DNA from: Raillietiella orientalis
Taxonomy: Eukaryota
DNA length: 64,000 nt
Reading direction: 5' to 3'
Assembly: GCA_036172245.1 (NCBI GenBank)
Contig: JAYWIR010000014.1
Location: 3,286,001 to 3,350,000, forward strand
Part shown: positions 14,543 to 27,557 of the stretch, in pieces
Numbering within the stretch: the stretch's first letter is position 1
Layout: the number at the start of each line of letters is the position of its first letter
The notes under the pieces: model-generated
Database searches by the model: none
Told to the model about the DNA's origin: nothing
Seen by the model: the letters and a program-made list of their open reading frames with translations, nothing else
Program-made: the position numbers and the translations under genes

Positions 14543-15542
14543 AGAGAGGAAAAAAAAAAAAATGGCTTACCGATAGTACACGGATGCAGGCTACTAACTC
14601 GTTCCTAGGCGAACCCGGAAAATGCAGCACAAGGACACATCAGTACTTTCGATCTGCCCGGCAGCTGGATCGGAAGCGAACGTGGGCAGCAGCATGGAGC
14701 AGGGGTAGGGATCTGTGCCATTAATTCACTGCCATGCCTCGCCATCATCGTCGTGCATAAAAACCCATGTTGACTTTGCTGTGCTACGCGTGCTCCATAG
14801 GGAACGCATGCGCGATCCGCCGAGCCGCAGCGGCCTCGTGCCCATGCCGCTCTTCCCGAGCCGAAAGACGGAACTCCCTGACGTGCAGGCTGCGAAAGGG
14901 TCCTCCGGACGGTTTTCCGACAGTATGCTCGGAATGCCTCGTCGGGAAAGAAACTGCACCGCCGAGCAACTCTTCGTTTGTCGATCATTCCGGGCAAGTG
15001 AGGAAAGGAAAGTGCTGACGTAACCGACGCTTTTTCGGAATGGAATCGCTTCCGTACGCGTTGACCGTCTTGCGACCCCCGCAACGGCGGCAGCAGCAGC
15101 GTGTTAATTATTCTCCGCGGTCTCGCACGCCGGCCGGCACCACTTTTCCTATTTGCCTATCAGCGTTTGGAACAGTGTGGAATCCTATGGCACCCCCCTC
15201 CCCTCCCCCCCTTCGGGAAAATATAGGCCAGCAGAAAGTGAGTTTGCCGTCGTCGTCGTCGTCGTCGTCTTGGATTTTCTTCGCCGAACCCTACTGCCTA
15301 ATTTTGGTGCAGGTTTCAGCATCGCAGGCGTGGGAGAATGATCCAACGGTAATGGAAACTCGCATACCGAATGCAGGCGACTACCACACGCAATTATCCC
15401 GCATAATTCCAGAAATTATGTCCGGCATTACGAAAAATTGTGAAAAATCCCCCGAGTTCGTCGTTTTGGCTGGAAGGTCCGTGGACAGCCCAAGCCTCTC
15501 AGGTCTCGTCCAAGAATCCAAAATACGTTTTCTTTCCTTTTC

Positions 15543-15580
<38 letters not shown>
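15543..15580. repeat. T24 immediately followed by A14 (self-complementary homopolymer pair)
   Basis: Read directly from the sequence. Confidence 0.9.
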
Positions 15581-17029
15581 GAAGGAGAGACAGAGAGAGG
15601 GATTATCCAACTCTCGCATAAGAACACACAATGCGCCGTTCTTTCATTTTGCGTTCGCAACTAATAGTGTTGACACGAATTTCGAATAACTGCAATCACT
15701 ACTCTGCTGCCTTCTTTCTTCTCGATGCAAATCGCTGTTTTCCCGAAGAAGAGCCCTCGTGCTCTTTGCAAGATGATTTCAGCTAATTGCATTTACATTC
15801 TCCTACGGAGAATCATCTACAAATACAATGATGATTTTTCTATGGATGTAGACGGATATGTGTTTGCAGTGAATGGTGGGTTTCCGCCGCATAAAAGACC
15901 GAGCTGCCTGTTGCACGATTCTTCATGAAAGATGGGAAAGGAGGGGAGACGCTGCAGTTCGCTGCGAATGGTCAGTTTGAAGAAAATCAGCATAAACAGC
16001 ACTCAAGTAAAAAAAAAAAAAAAAAAAAAAAGAAAAGAAAAGAAGAGAGAGGGAGAGAGATGCGATGCAATCCTGTTGGTTGGGCACGTATCGAACCAAA
16101 TGCAAACCGTCGGCAGCTACAAATTTGCTCGTCTATAAATCGTAGCTTCCGACATATAAAAGGTGTTTGTAGAATCGCGAGCGACTCGTGCTGATGGCCC
16201 CAGAAAAGAAGTGTCATGACGTCCTCATCATCATCTATATTCTCCCACAGGAAAGTCGTCCAGCCATCTAAACTTTCGTGCGGGATCCTCTGCGCTGAAA
16301 ACCGACTTGGTGGTACAATGGGGAGTTTGGGGAGAAGGTGGGGTGATCAGGTGTTGGGTCTCGTGATTCCCATCCCCCTGTGCGAGATGCCTTCTCCATT
16401 GCCGGAAACCAAGAACACCCGCCGTTCTTATACGGTGGGCTTCTGGATGACAAACAGGTGAAGAAAACCTGTGAAGATTCCAGACTCCTATGCTTTTAAT
16501 GTAATCAACACTATCTGTTTCTCTTCAGACTCATCGGTTTCTCCTGAATGAGAGGTGCGCCGGTGCTCCTGACCTTTCACCTTCGTTCGTGTTTTATGCA
16601 CTAACAATTTGTTGCGATTTAAGCTGAATCTTTCGGCCAGATGCCATCAAACCGAGTCTTGGAGACGGTGATCAACCAACTTCAATTCCGACTTTCAAGG
16701 TCCTTTTAGAAGTCCCCATCGCGGTTTGGGAAACGATGGAGGAAATCCACGTGCGAAAACTCCCCTCTGCAAATGGAGCTGTGAGGTTTCTAATCTCCCT
16801 AAAGTCTCTGGCTGCAGTGGGAGATTACAAGTTGAACAGAGCGCCTTTCCGGGTAGGCGAACGCGAAGTGTTAGCTGAGGCACAACCAGCCAGAGGAACC
16901 CGAGAAAAGCCTCTTGGACCCCAGTTTTCTGCAATCTTCAAAGCACATCGAGGCAACAGGAGCGTAATGCGCCAGTAATCCCCCCGCTGCGAGCTGATGG
17001 CGCTGTCTTCGGCACCAGAATCCTCGAGC

Positions 17030-17615
17030 TTTCTCCATCCGACGGATTCAGGAAGAGGAAACCCCGCTTCACGTACCTTCAAGAACGCGGGAGGGCGCGT
17101 CAGCGATGAAAGCTCATCCCTGAGACGCTATCCCAGTTCCCCGATGCTGCCGCACGGGACATACTCAGAGAAATGCTCGGCTCTACAGGCTTACCAGTTG
17201 CCTCCTTGCTGTCTACCCTCTGCCAAAGGTGAGCAGCGGCTGCGGGGGAGTGTAGCTGTTATACCAAGGAGCCGTTTGCAGTCGCCGTCGCTTGCATGAG
17301 AAGGGCATTGAAATGACCAATCTGGGTGTGGAGTACAAGGGATGACCTTCGCACAGTTGTGCGCAGACCGACGAAAGACCAGTCACAGCACCCCAGCTCT
17401 GCTTCCGGCCCTGCCCGACGTCAGCCCTTGGGAATCATGCTCATTACCGTAAGGCTGATCCCTCCTACTCCGTATGTATTTATTTATGAGTTCTCCCTCT
17501 ACTCGTCCCTGGCTCTGTTCCCAGTGAGCGTGCTCTCCCTTTCGTTTAGAGCCGGCACATGTCCGTTCTTCTCTGAATGTGAAAATTTCATTCCTTTATT
17601 TTAAATAAATAGCCG
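17030..17615 (+). mobile_element. L1/Tx1-like LINE 3' end, copy C (decayed zf-RVT region plus 3' UTR)
   Basis: RRIQEEETPLHV (frameshift) LQERGRARQR*KLIPETLSQFPDAAARDILREMLGSTGL..AVAVACMRRALK aligns by eye to copy B (QQDTARDVLRRFVASGGL..MAVAYMRTAAR). Pyrimidine-rich UTR ends TTTATTTTAAATAAA. Confidence 0.6.
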
Positions 17616-20600
17616 GAAATGCAGGATGAGCAGATCACACCGCATCCACTTTTCGCTGGGGCAGGGAAGGGGGGGGGGGGGAGAGGTGAATTTATCGGCT
17701 AGAGGCAACCCAGCATATACCGTTCGAGTTTTCGATTTCTTAGCAAGCCACAGAGCCGCTTCCTTCGTCTCCTCGTTGTTTGGATAGCGGAAGAAATGAG
17801 GATCCATTTGTGCGCGCTCTTAAAGGAAAAAGGAGTGGCGAAACGACGCCTTTCTGGTTGGGAATCAACACGTCCACTGAAGTCCGCGGTAAATTGGTAA
17901 ATTTCGCCCATGGTGCTGCCCCCAGCCACAGCAGTGATCTCATCCGCGGGAATTCTATGGAGATCAGTCAGCCTGGAGAAGAATTCTCCAGACGCATCTC
18001 ACCGCGCCCAAGACTTGTAGCGATGAGCTGTTCGCAGGTGCGGCTGCTGCATTCTCTTGTGAGCGCAGCCTATTGAGTGCCATCCGAATGCCAAATGGTA
18101 CCTGGTAGCAGCCGAATTCTTTTATGCTACAGAGCTACAGACGCATGCATCCATATGATCAACCGAAGTGCGTTGGTGGAAACAATTACGCGTATGCGAA
18201 GATCAAAACTCCATCCCACCCAGATTGGATATTCCATACGATGTACTGCTGGTTCCTGAGCGCTTTGCTCAAGACAATCTTCAGGGATTTTAACAAGAAC
18301 ACCAAAGCGGCAAAGTTTCCCGAATTCATCGATGACCCTCTGTTAAGAAGAGATAATCCTGAAACGAGGTATCGGCTACCTCTTTGGACATCCGAGGCTG
18401 CTAACCAAAAAGGAAATTCTAGCAGGAGCATCTGTTCACGTGTGAGGGAAGGATACCGTGTTTTCTTTTCCGATGAGTGGCAAAGTAGTGCTCAAGATAA
18501 GAGTATGACCATCGCTGGAAACGCGTCATCGCCCCATCGAAAAAGTCGCAGTCGTTTTTTTTTGCCGCGATCCGATGTCTGGTGAAAACCAGGAGGCATG
18601 GGTTATTTACTGACGGCTACGAACGAATTCAAATGCCTCTGCTAGAGTCACATGGGACGCTGGGGGAGCTTGAGAAATCCAAACCCTACCTTCCGCTGGC
18701 AAACTTCCCAAATCCACAAACTTTTAGCTGGCTGCAAAATCAAGTTCCAAGCTATGTGGAAAGGTTGCTCCTCTACAGAATTGACAGATTCCAATCGTAG
18801 ATGCGCTACCTCAAGGAGAAAAGGGAAGGATTAATGCTGGAGCTCTGAAGTAGTATTGAGAGGTAAGAAAAGAAGCCATGCTCTGCGTGATCCATTCGAA
18901 GCATCTGGAAACGATGATCTGAAGTTTCCAACTGCATATCCGTAAAACATAGAAAAGAAAAGGAAATGCCCTGTCTTAGGTGTGCTAGACTCATTTCTGG
19001 AACTCCGGGTGGCCTCCAGTGCACTTCAACCTTTTCTGCAGTCGCATGAAGTGAGGCCAGCAGCAGCGAGGGGACACCCTGCAGCAGCCATAGAACCTTA
19101 CGGAAGAGTGGTCCGTTGAATCGTCGACAAATTTTCTCACTCTGGTCTCGATCAGAGGCAGGAAAGCTTAGCAGCAGCTGCATCCACGGCGCGGACCGGA
19201 TAGAGTAGGCTTGCTCACCAAGGAAATTCTGCGCGGACCATGAGCTAGTTTCATTCGACCTGCTCACCTGGAACGCATTTTTTTGCAGACACCCGCAAGA
19301 GACAAGACGCTCGAGCGAGGTAGCATCATGTCGCGACTCGATGAAACTTGTAGTTTCTTGATAATTGAGCTCGTCGGGGAACCGTGAGTGCCCAGGAGCT
19401 TGAATCTTCTACTCGACCATCGGTACGATAGGCAGGGAGTACCGGGCGCAGTGCTGGAAGCAACCCAAATGATTGCAAGGAGAATGACGGCCATCCCGGA
19501 AAGGAATTATGAATGCATAGGATGAATGAGAGAGGACTTAAGTGATGTGTGACGCGGGATGCCGTTTTGCAGAATTGTCAAGGCAGGGATTCGAACACCA
19601 CGCACGGTGGATGATTCATCTACTTCACGAATGACTCCCACAGGAAAACAAACAAACAAAAGGAAATTCAGCAAATGCTGCCGAGGTCATGACCATATCT
19701 CTGGAAGCCAGATGGAATGGACGCGTTCCTGCGTGCCTCCAAGCATTACCTGTCGAGCGAAGCGCCTGTCCTGAGGAGGATAACGTGACATGTCGGAAAA
19801 GGATCACAGGCTGAAGGTAAGCAAAGGGAAACGTGGAGCTTTCCTGGACTCCCCAGCGCCGGTTCGCGGAAATCGCGAGGGAGAGTGCGAAAACACGAAG
19901 AGACGGGATGACAGCGGTGCGTGCGGAAGTCAAAAAACGAGGAAGAACAGAAACAAGGACGTCGTCAAGAAGGGAAATGACCAAATCGGCAGGATTCTGT
20001 GGAGAGTTCCCGTCGGCAGCCACACTTGTGTCTCTCGATCGAGAACGACAGCGCAGCGATGTGAGAGAAAGAGCTAGTGCAATCCGGCAGTAGACGTGCA
20101 CACTTGGAGCATCCTCCCAACTCTCAAACGATGAAGGAGAAAGAGCGACGAATGTGCGGGATGTCGTAAAAACTTTAGTGAAGGACAAATTTGATTCTTC
20201 TTCAACACATCGGAACCAGCCGCTGTACCGAGAGTTTGGCATTCAGCAATGGCCAATTCGAAACACTTGGTCCTTTCAAAGAGTGTTTTCCGTCAGTGCG
20301 TTCTTCTCCAGGACATGCGGTACACTTGTAATTTCCAAGAACGAAGATGGAACGAAACGAAGTACTCTGAAACAAGACAAGGATTCCGCTGCTATGGAAG
20401 GTGGAAGCATTCCTGTGATGTAGGAATAGTGAGAATAGGATGCAAGCGGGAATCAGTAGATTACTACACGTTACTACATGTGACTATTACACGATGTCCA
20501 AGTACTTGCTATACATCTCATTCCTAAGAAATCACACAGTCGCAACCACGTTAGTCCTTGGTCTTGTTAAAGCTGTGCATGAAACCCTAATCATTTTTTT

Positions 20601-22909
20601 CCTTGGATTGCGAGTCGCAAGATGCACTCGAATGTTTACTCTTGCATTTCTTCTGGGATGATGAGTGCTTGCATTCATGATGAACCGGATGGTTTATGGC
20701 AGATAATTCAAACACATGTATGCACCACTAGATGCGCTTTTTGCTGTTCCTTGCTCCATTTTGGACTACAGCATCTGATCCCTTAGCTAGTTTAGAGAGA
20801 GACAGAGGAAGAAAGATATCTGCAGCAGAAGAATTAGAGGAGAAAATCGGAAGGAGACCCATCGTCTTATAGGTCAAGCATCGAAAAAACGGATGTAAGG
20901 AAGCTTGGTGATCTTGGACATGTAAAGAAAACGAGGCGAGTGGAAGGAAGCACCGCACTTCCGAACATGCACTGTCCACCTCATGTTTTACTTAGTAATG
21001 GAATCAAAAATTCTTCGATGGCTTTAAGGAGCAGTTAAAGAAACCATCAGCTGTACTTACCACAATGAAGGAAGTCAGCGAAAATTGAGACCTCCCACAA
21101 CGCTTTTTAAGGGTGCTTTTCTTCTAGGAAGCTCTGATTCAGGAGCATGGACTTTGCATAAGATGACAACCAAAGGCACACTGGAAGATCACCATTGTGA
21201 TGAAAGAATGCGCTACAGAATATCCGTGACAGCCTTCACCGGAGATTCAATGATCTGAGTCGTATTCTTGATCAATCGGTCCCATTTCAAACAACAAAGA
21301 GCTCCGGGACAAGAAAGAATGCTGCTACGTTGGAAAGAAAGGGTTTAGAACATGAATTCCGTGCAGGGTTCACCGAATGGTCCACTCCAAGGAAAGATAA
21401 CCACCCTGAGGTCTCGGTGAGTCTATGGCTCACCTACTGAAACTGATTTATTGGAGGGGAACCACACGTGGAAAGCTTCCTTCCTCCACAGTTCCACGAT
21501 CTCCCACTTTACCACAAGTCTTAGGGAATATGAATCTTTTCGGTGCACGTCTTAGCAGAAGACGTTGTAAAATTCATAATGCAGTGAGATGAAGCTGTAA
21601 ATGTATGATCAAAAGGTTTGTCGATATTTCAGCACGGGGATTTTCATCAAGTACCCTTGATGCTAGCACATGCTTGCCTACCCAAGGATTCCCGAAGTTT
21701 GGACGAGATAGCCCTGAATCCTGAATTACATCCATCTCGATTCCCAGGAAAAAGTCCGCAGAGACTTGATCTTTACTTTCTCAGAGCTGACGTTTTTCTG
21801 AAGGCGCTTTCCATCGATTTTCTCGAAAAGGGAGGAGGCAGAGATCGAAACTGGTGAAGCTCCAGCGTATTTCTGAAGTAAACCCTTGGGGATCTATTCG
21901 CGCCGAGAGGCCAGTCCTTTCCCTTCCCTCTTTGTTTATTCATTTTCACCCCCTCCCACTTTACCCTCGACTCTATCCTGGTCGCTGCCCATCCCCCAAT
22001 GGATTTGAATCGGAAGTGTGACGTCTTTTTGCACGTACGTATGCATTGATTTAATGCAAATGAAGCGTACATTGCGCATCTGAGATGAGAATGTTCTCTG
22101 GAAAGTATCTGAAACTGATTTTTTTGGCTCTTCCGTGTTCCACTTAGGAATACTCCCAGAAGAAGAAACAGCATGAACTAGGAAGTAGAGCCACAAGAGA
22201 AGCAACGTGTTTTGGGCAAAAATATCTCCCCGAAGAGTAGGAGAACTTTAAGCGTATGTCTTTTAGGAGCAGCCAGCTTCTTCTCCCTTTTGTGCCGCGA
22301 GGCGTCTCACGTAAAGTTCCAAGCAGACCGTGGAGATTACGAGTACGTCATCCGCCCCAGACAACTTCCGTTCAAAATCTCATCTTACTACTACTACTTC
22401 AATTTCTCTAAGACACTAGTTCCCATCATGGATTGAGACCGAAGGAACTGCGAATTCACCTTCCGCTTCCTTATCTGCCAACGAGGATCGAAGTGCTTCT
22501 AGTCCCGGAAACACTCGGATGCTCTTCGATCCTCATCGAAAAAAGGAAAACCTGGAACGTATCGATGCCGTGTCACGATCGAAAGTTCGCTCAAGCTCCT
22601 AAAGCAGATCTCAGATTCGATGAGCTTTCAGTGGACTTAGGGAAGGATGTTCGGGGCCGATAGCAGCACAGAGGGGGACACCTCCTGGAACGGCTGCTCA
22701 CATGAAGTTGCTTTTTCGGTCTCATTCGTCTGAAGACACGGATTCATCCATTAACGCTAGGAGAAAGGGGAGAATTCACCTGCAGCATCCTCGGCTTCGA
22801 AGCGCACCAGCAGGTCTGCGATACTAGGGAGTAGAGTTGAGGAAAGACGGAGAAGAGAATATCAAGGGTGTCCCAGGTTTGCGATTCTCACATCCACACT
22901 GAAGCAAGC

Positions 22910-22944
22910 AGCATCACCGACTTCGCACTGAAGTCGGTGATGCT
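22910..22944. repeat. Perfect 15-bp inverted repeat with 5-nt loop
   Basis: AGCATCACCGACTTC-GCACT-GAAGTCGGTGATGCT. Confidence 0.9.
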
Positions 22945-23009
22945 TCTTTGGTGATGCTTTCAACCGAAAAGTAAGAGCGTTCTGTTGATGTTTTTATTGT
23001 TTGTGTTTT

Positions 23010-23746
23010 GGATGCAAGAGATTTTTGGTGCTCCCGCTCTCACGACAAAGGATAATCTGCTTGGTGTGTCTCCCGAAAAACTCGTGGTCCCTTCCTGCGT
23101 ACGCGCACCTCCGTGTCCCCGTCGGATGTTCTTCTGTTTCTGCACCGGGAGTTGCAGTGCAATCAACGCAAACACCTGGTTTCTGAGGGAGATGCATCCC
23201 TAAGCTATTTAAGGTGCGGGGCGATGGGATCGTTCCCAGATCTTCCGCTGGACTGCAGTGGCCTCGAGGACATTTGGCGGAGACTCACTTCGCTGGTATG
23301 TCACCCGGAAGACACCTCTTTGGACCTTCTGCGATACCTCTTTTTCACGCAAGGAGGACTGACTGCAGGTGCCGTGGTCGCAATGAGACGTTGCATCCTC
23401 TCCGTCGTCACATCCCGCTTCGTGAAGGAGTCTCGTTCGCAGCGAAGGGAGACCGTCCGAATGGCAGGCGCCTTGATGAGGACGGCTACGAGGTGACTTC
23501 ACCTGCAAGAAAAAATGGCCAGGAAGATTCAGTGCTATCTGTAGAAAGAAAGGAGCAGCTAAACCAAAGACCTCTCCCATCTTTTTTTATTCATTTATTG
23601 CCGCGTCTCTCCCGCTTCTGACTCCCTTAGAAGCCGATCTGAGAGCTGGTGGTCATCCTCAGTGAATTTTTTTTTTTTTTTTTTTTTCTAACGACGTGTG
23701 ATTTATTTACTTTTAAATAAACGTCCCGGTGTGATCGGGTACAAAA
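23010..23746 (+). mobile_element. L1/Tx1-like LINE 3' end, copy A
   Basis: YLRCGAMGSFPDLPLDCSGLEDIWRRL..DTSLDLLR..GGLTAG..QRRETVRMAGALMRTATR is homologous to copy B. Shared terminus AAATAAACGTCCCGGTGTGATCGGGTACAAAA. Confidence 0.7.
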
Positions 23747-23924
23747 CAAGTGAGACGTCAACGATGGAAGACGTATATTATAAGAATGTTTCGAAGTGCA
23801 TCATTCTCTTTGCGTTGATGTAATTCCTATCGTCTCTGCAATTGAGTAAACATAATGCAATGACGCCGAATGTAATGATCCTATTCCGTATCACCTATTG
23901 CTCCGATAGTGGCACTGTGTGGCT

Positions 23925-23948
23925 ATCATCATCATCATCATCATCATT
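23925..23948. repeat. (ATC)n microsatellite
   Basis: Read directly from the sequence. Confidence 0.9.
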
Positions 23949-23979
23949 AAGTTGCTATTATTTTGTTTCGAAAAGCACT

Positions 23980-25200
23980 TCTTAGCTGTTGGAATAGCAT
24001 GCAAAATTGCACGTAGGAGATGCAAAGGTTGCTAGACCGGCACGTAAGGCGTTTGCATCCTTCGAATGTGCGCCACCCTTTCTCGAGTGATCTGACTTCA
24101 ATTCCAAGAAGTGATTGCACTTCTTTCCAACATCCTTTTGGCATTCACTATCGGAGCTCACTGGAGGATCACTGCATGCGGCGCTACGGGAATCACAGCT
24201 TTCCCCTTTCGGCAGTTTCGCGTTCTTCAATCAGTGGTCTGTCTCCTGATCTTCTAAAGATTCCTGGAACAGCTTCCAAGATCACCAGTGGATGACGACC
24301 GAAGGAACACTTTTGGAGGCTGTCTTGATCGTGTTTTCTAGCGTGATGATCATTCGAACATGTCGAGACCAAGAAAAAAAAACGTTTAGAGGTTCGCTCA
24401 TCGACGGACTTTTCAAGCAGAGGAAACGCAGTGACGTCCTTGTACCGAACGTCGGGAATCGAGAGCCCAAGATCAACAAACAGTTTTTACCCATGAATCT
24501 CTCAACTGGTCTTCCGGCTACGTTGTTGCTTGTAGTTGATATCGGGAAAATGTAGTGTTCCATGGAAACTGGTAAAGCCACGCACAAACTGGAAATCGAC
24601 TGCAGAGGAAGAACAGAAACAAGGACTTAGGAAGTCATTTTGAGGCTTCCTTAGAATTTGGTGACCAGCGTAGTTTCCTCCCCTCCCAAAAGGAAACCTC
24701 CTTGGAAGAATCGGAAAAGACAGTCAGTCACCTTCCTGTCCGCAGAAGAACTCATTTTCACTTCACTCCTGGTACACACATCCTGGGAAGGAAAACGGGG
24801 AATAGTCATGGGAACTGCCAAGGACCACATTCTAGAATGAAATGCATTGGGAGCGATCCTTTCCAAAGGGGGACAAGTTTCATGATGAATGGAACAGTCA
24901 CCAAGGATTTCATGGAAGGAAGGAGATTCCAAATCTAATTTCCCGATTCGCGTAGTTCCCCATTTTAATGTCTTGAGGACAATATTGCTCGCAGCACATT
25001 TCCTGGAAAATGTGCTTAACAGATTCGGGATTGCATGAGGAAAACGAAGAGGGGAATTTCCCACGTCTTCCGCCGCTTTTTCAACTGTCCTTCAACCCGT
25101 CCAGGTTCCTCAATCGTTAGCAGAGGGCGGTCTGCAATGGTCGTTCAAAGATGGTGTTCCTTGACGCAGTGAAGACTTTGTCGGGTGAGTTCACCTCTGC
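23980..25200 (-). pseudogene. Possible decayed leucine-rich-repeat (LRR) gene
   Basis: Only LRR-like echoes (LERIAPNAFHS, LPKG, IEVRSLEKG..TFEG) scattered over broken frames. Confidence 0.3.
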
Positions 25201-27214
25201 TGCGGTTCGGACCCTCATCACTTGGGGGTGTCCGCTGTTGGTCCATATCTGGTTCCTTGATTTCTGGCGTCGTAAATGCATCTCTTTACCACAGCAAGCA
25301 GATCATCAGAAACCTGCTACCTTCCTGGAGCAACCACGAAAATGCTGCATCGTCCTAAGGTCTCCCCTGCCTTTAGAAATACACACGGTGAAGCAGATGC
25401 AAGTGATGGAGAGTAACTCGAGCTCAGCTGTCCTTCCCTGAGTTGCGTCGAGTGAACAAGATAGCTGACTGTGAAAGCCTCTTTGGATTCCATGCCAAAG
25501 GAAGTATGTCCACTCCACCCTTCATTTAGCCAGGCTTTGACGTCCTCCCCTTCTCCCACATCTCCCACTCTCCTTTACCCCACATCATGCTATCCTCAGC
25601 GAACGCAAAATGAACCCTTTTTGACTTATTTAGCTATTATTTGTCATAATGAACCGCATCTTGCTCATCCCCTTTCCTTTTTTACGAAGTAGGAAACTGT
25701 TCCTTAGAAACGTTTCACCCCCCGTCGCCATACCAGCACGTCTGCAGGAAATTAGCCGTCTTTCGACGTCATCCTGGTCAGCTCTTTATTCGAGGTAATG
25801 CATTCACTAGATCGGGGCACAGAGAAATGCTCCCACACAGAGAAATGCCGGTGTCCGGATGGCACCGAATCCGCTCTGCATCCAGAAGTTCATGAGTTTC
25901 TCCCGGAGACTTGAGCGGAGAAAGCGTGCGAGGACTGGGGCTGCGAGCATGCTGACGAGAGCAGGGCAGAGTAGCCGCAGGACTCTGCGAAAAACTGCTA
26001 TCGGTGCCGGGACCAGTGACGAAGGTCCTCATGATTTCTGCAAAAAGCAACCGAACCCCATCGCTTCTCGGCGGTCCCAGTGCTAATGTTGGCCCTCGAC
26101 AAAGGAAGGAGACGATCACCTGGAGATGCGGAAATCCGCAGCCTCCGAATCCAACTATCCCATCGGAGGTTCTTCAGCAAAAAGATCCCAGGAATGAACG
26201 ACAGACTTATCCGCATCCTATTTCTCAATCTTCGGGATGCTTATTTGATTCTTCCTGGCTTTATGTTTTCCTTGTTTTTAGTGCCGAGTTCACTTCGTTG
26301 ATGTATTCTCCAGCTCCGTGAAAGCCATCGGGAATGGATCAGCTCCGACTATTATGTAACCATCACCTTTCATCTGCAAGCCCGAATCTACAAATTTCGA
26401 ATGAGGCGAATGCGAGTGACACCTACGTATTTCTAGCGATCTTCAACACCATCAAAATTAGGAGCCATCTACTCCCACAACGTTGCCTGCGCTCTGTGAC
26501 CCCCCCTTTTTAGTTCCGCAACTCTGTACTGGAATTTTACCACGCATAATCTGTGGTGAGCAGGGAGGTAAGACTCGAAAGGGTATTTGAATAGCACTGG
26601 ATGTTCGCCGGAGATGTGCTCAGGAAAAAAAAGTGTGTTCGAAATCGCAAACACGGGTTCCGTCTGCAATCCATCACTCCGCTCCAGGGTCTCTCTCGTC
26701 GCACACTTCGGGAGATTACCCTAAACCCATGATAGGAACTCGTCTTCCTTTCCAGACGGAGGTTTTTCCTATTTCGTCATGATGGGAGACTGGTGAAATA
26801 GCCGGTTTTACTTCCCCTGAGACTTCTGCCTGATGACCTTTTTTCTTCTACTGGGCGAGACTTAGGACTCTGCATCTCTGCAGTTCGGCGACCGTGTAGT
26901 CATGAGCAGTACAGGGTGAATTGGCCAAATGACAAACGAATCCATTTGTACGATTGTCTGTTACCCATTTGTTAGATTGCTTATCTTGGTTTCACAGTGC
27001 TGTAGCCGTCGCTATAACGATTCATCAATTTAACGCTTGACCCTGAGAGTCGCGTCTTGGGCAGTAAGTTTCCATGATGAAGATTTGGATGAGGAAGAAA
27101 AAAGGAATTGCCGTGTTCCGTATGTGCCTTATATCTCCTTCACTTCTTCCTACACGGAGATGGCTTAAAGAGGTCTCTCTGCATACTTCGAAATAAACAG
27201 GTTTGGCAAGCAAG

Positions 27215-27545
27215 TCCTGTAACCATGCTGGGAGGTGGAAGCGCGTGGGTGTAGGTGGTGCATCTAGGGAATTAACTAACGATGAAGAGGTTAATAGAGT
27301 TACTGTTGTTCGCCTATTATCTGAAAATCAGGATGAAATTGGAGTCATCAGAGGCAAGGCATGGGATAATGCGGTGCATTCTGTGGCTCAGATGGTTTTT
27401 ATTGGGTGAAGAAGGAATGTGGGAATGTGGCTGTGATGAGAGTGATGGCTTATGTAGGGATATAGGAATCTGGTCTGAATAACAAAAGAGGAAGGTGGCT
27501 AGTGTCCTGTAAAGTGTGGATATGTTGTCGTGTGGATTTCGGCAT
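27215..27545 (-). pseudogene. cob: NUMT: decayed mitochondrial cytochrome b fragment
   Basis: Strong local strand skew (G/T-rich on +). Minus-strand frames give, in order, DNISTLYR, PTFLLHP, LQFHPDF, TPTRFHLPAWL (cf. cob DNATLTR, HLLFLH, IPFHPYF, TPAHIQPEWY). Confidence 0.55.
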
Positions 27546-27557
27546 ACTTGGAGGAAG

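Noticed and set aside
18124..19267. RT-like echoes (KPGG, PYLPL on +; LRQG on -)
   Set aside because: The signals fall on opposite strands and are too weak to call.
19576..19607. tRNA-like B-box (GGGATTCGAAC); similar weak hits near 38810 and 43995
   Set aside because: No cloverleaf or A-box can be built. At most SINE debris.
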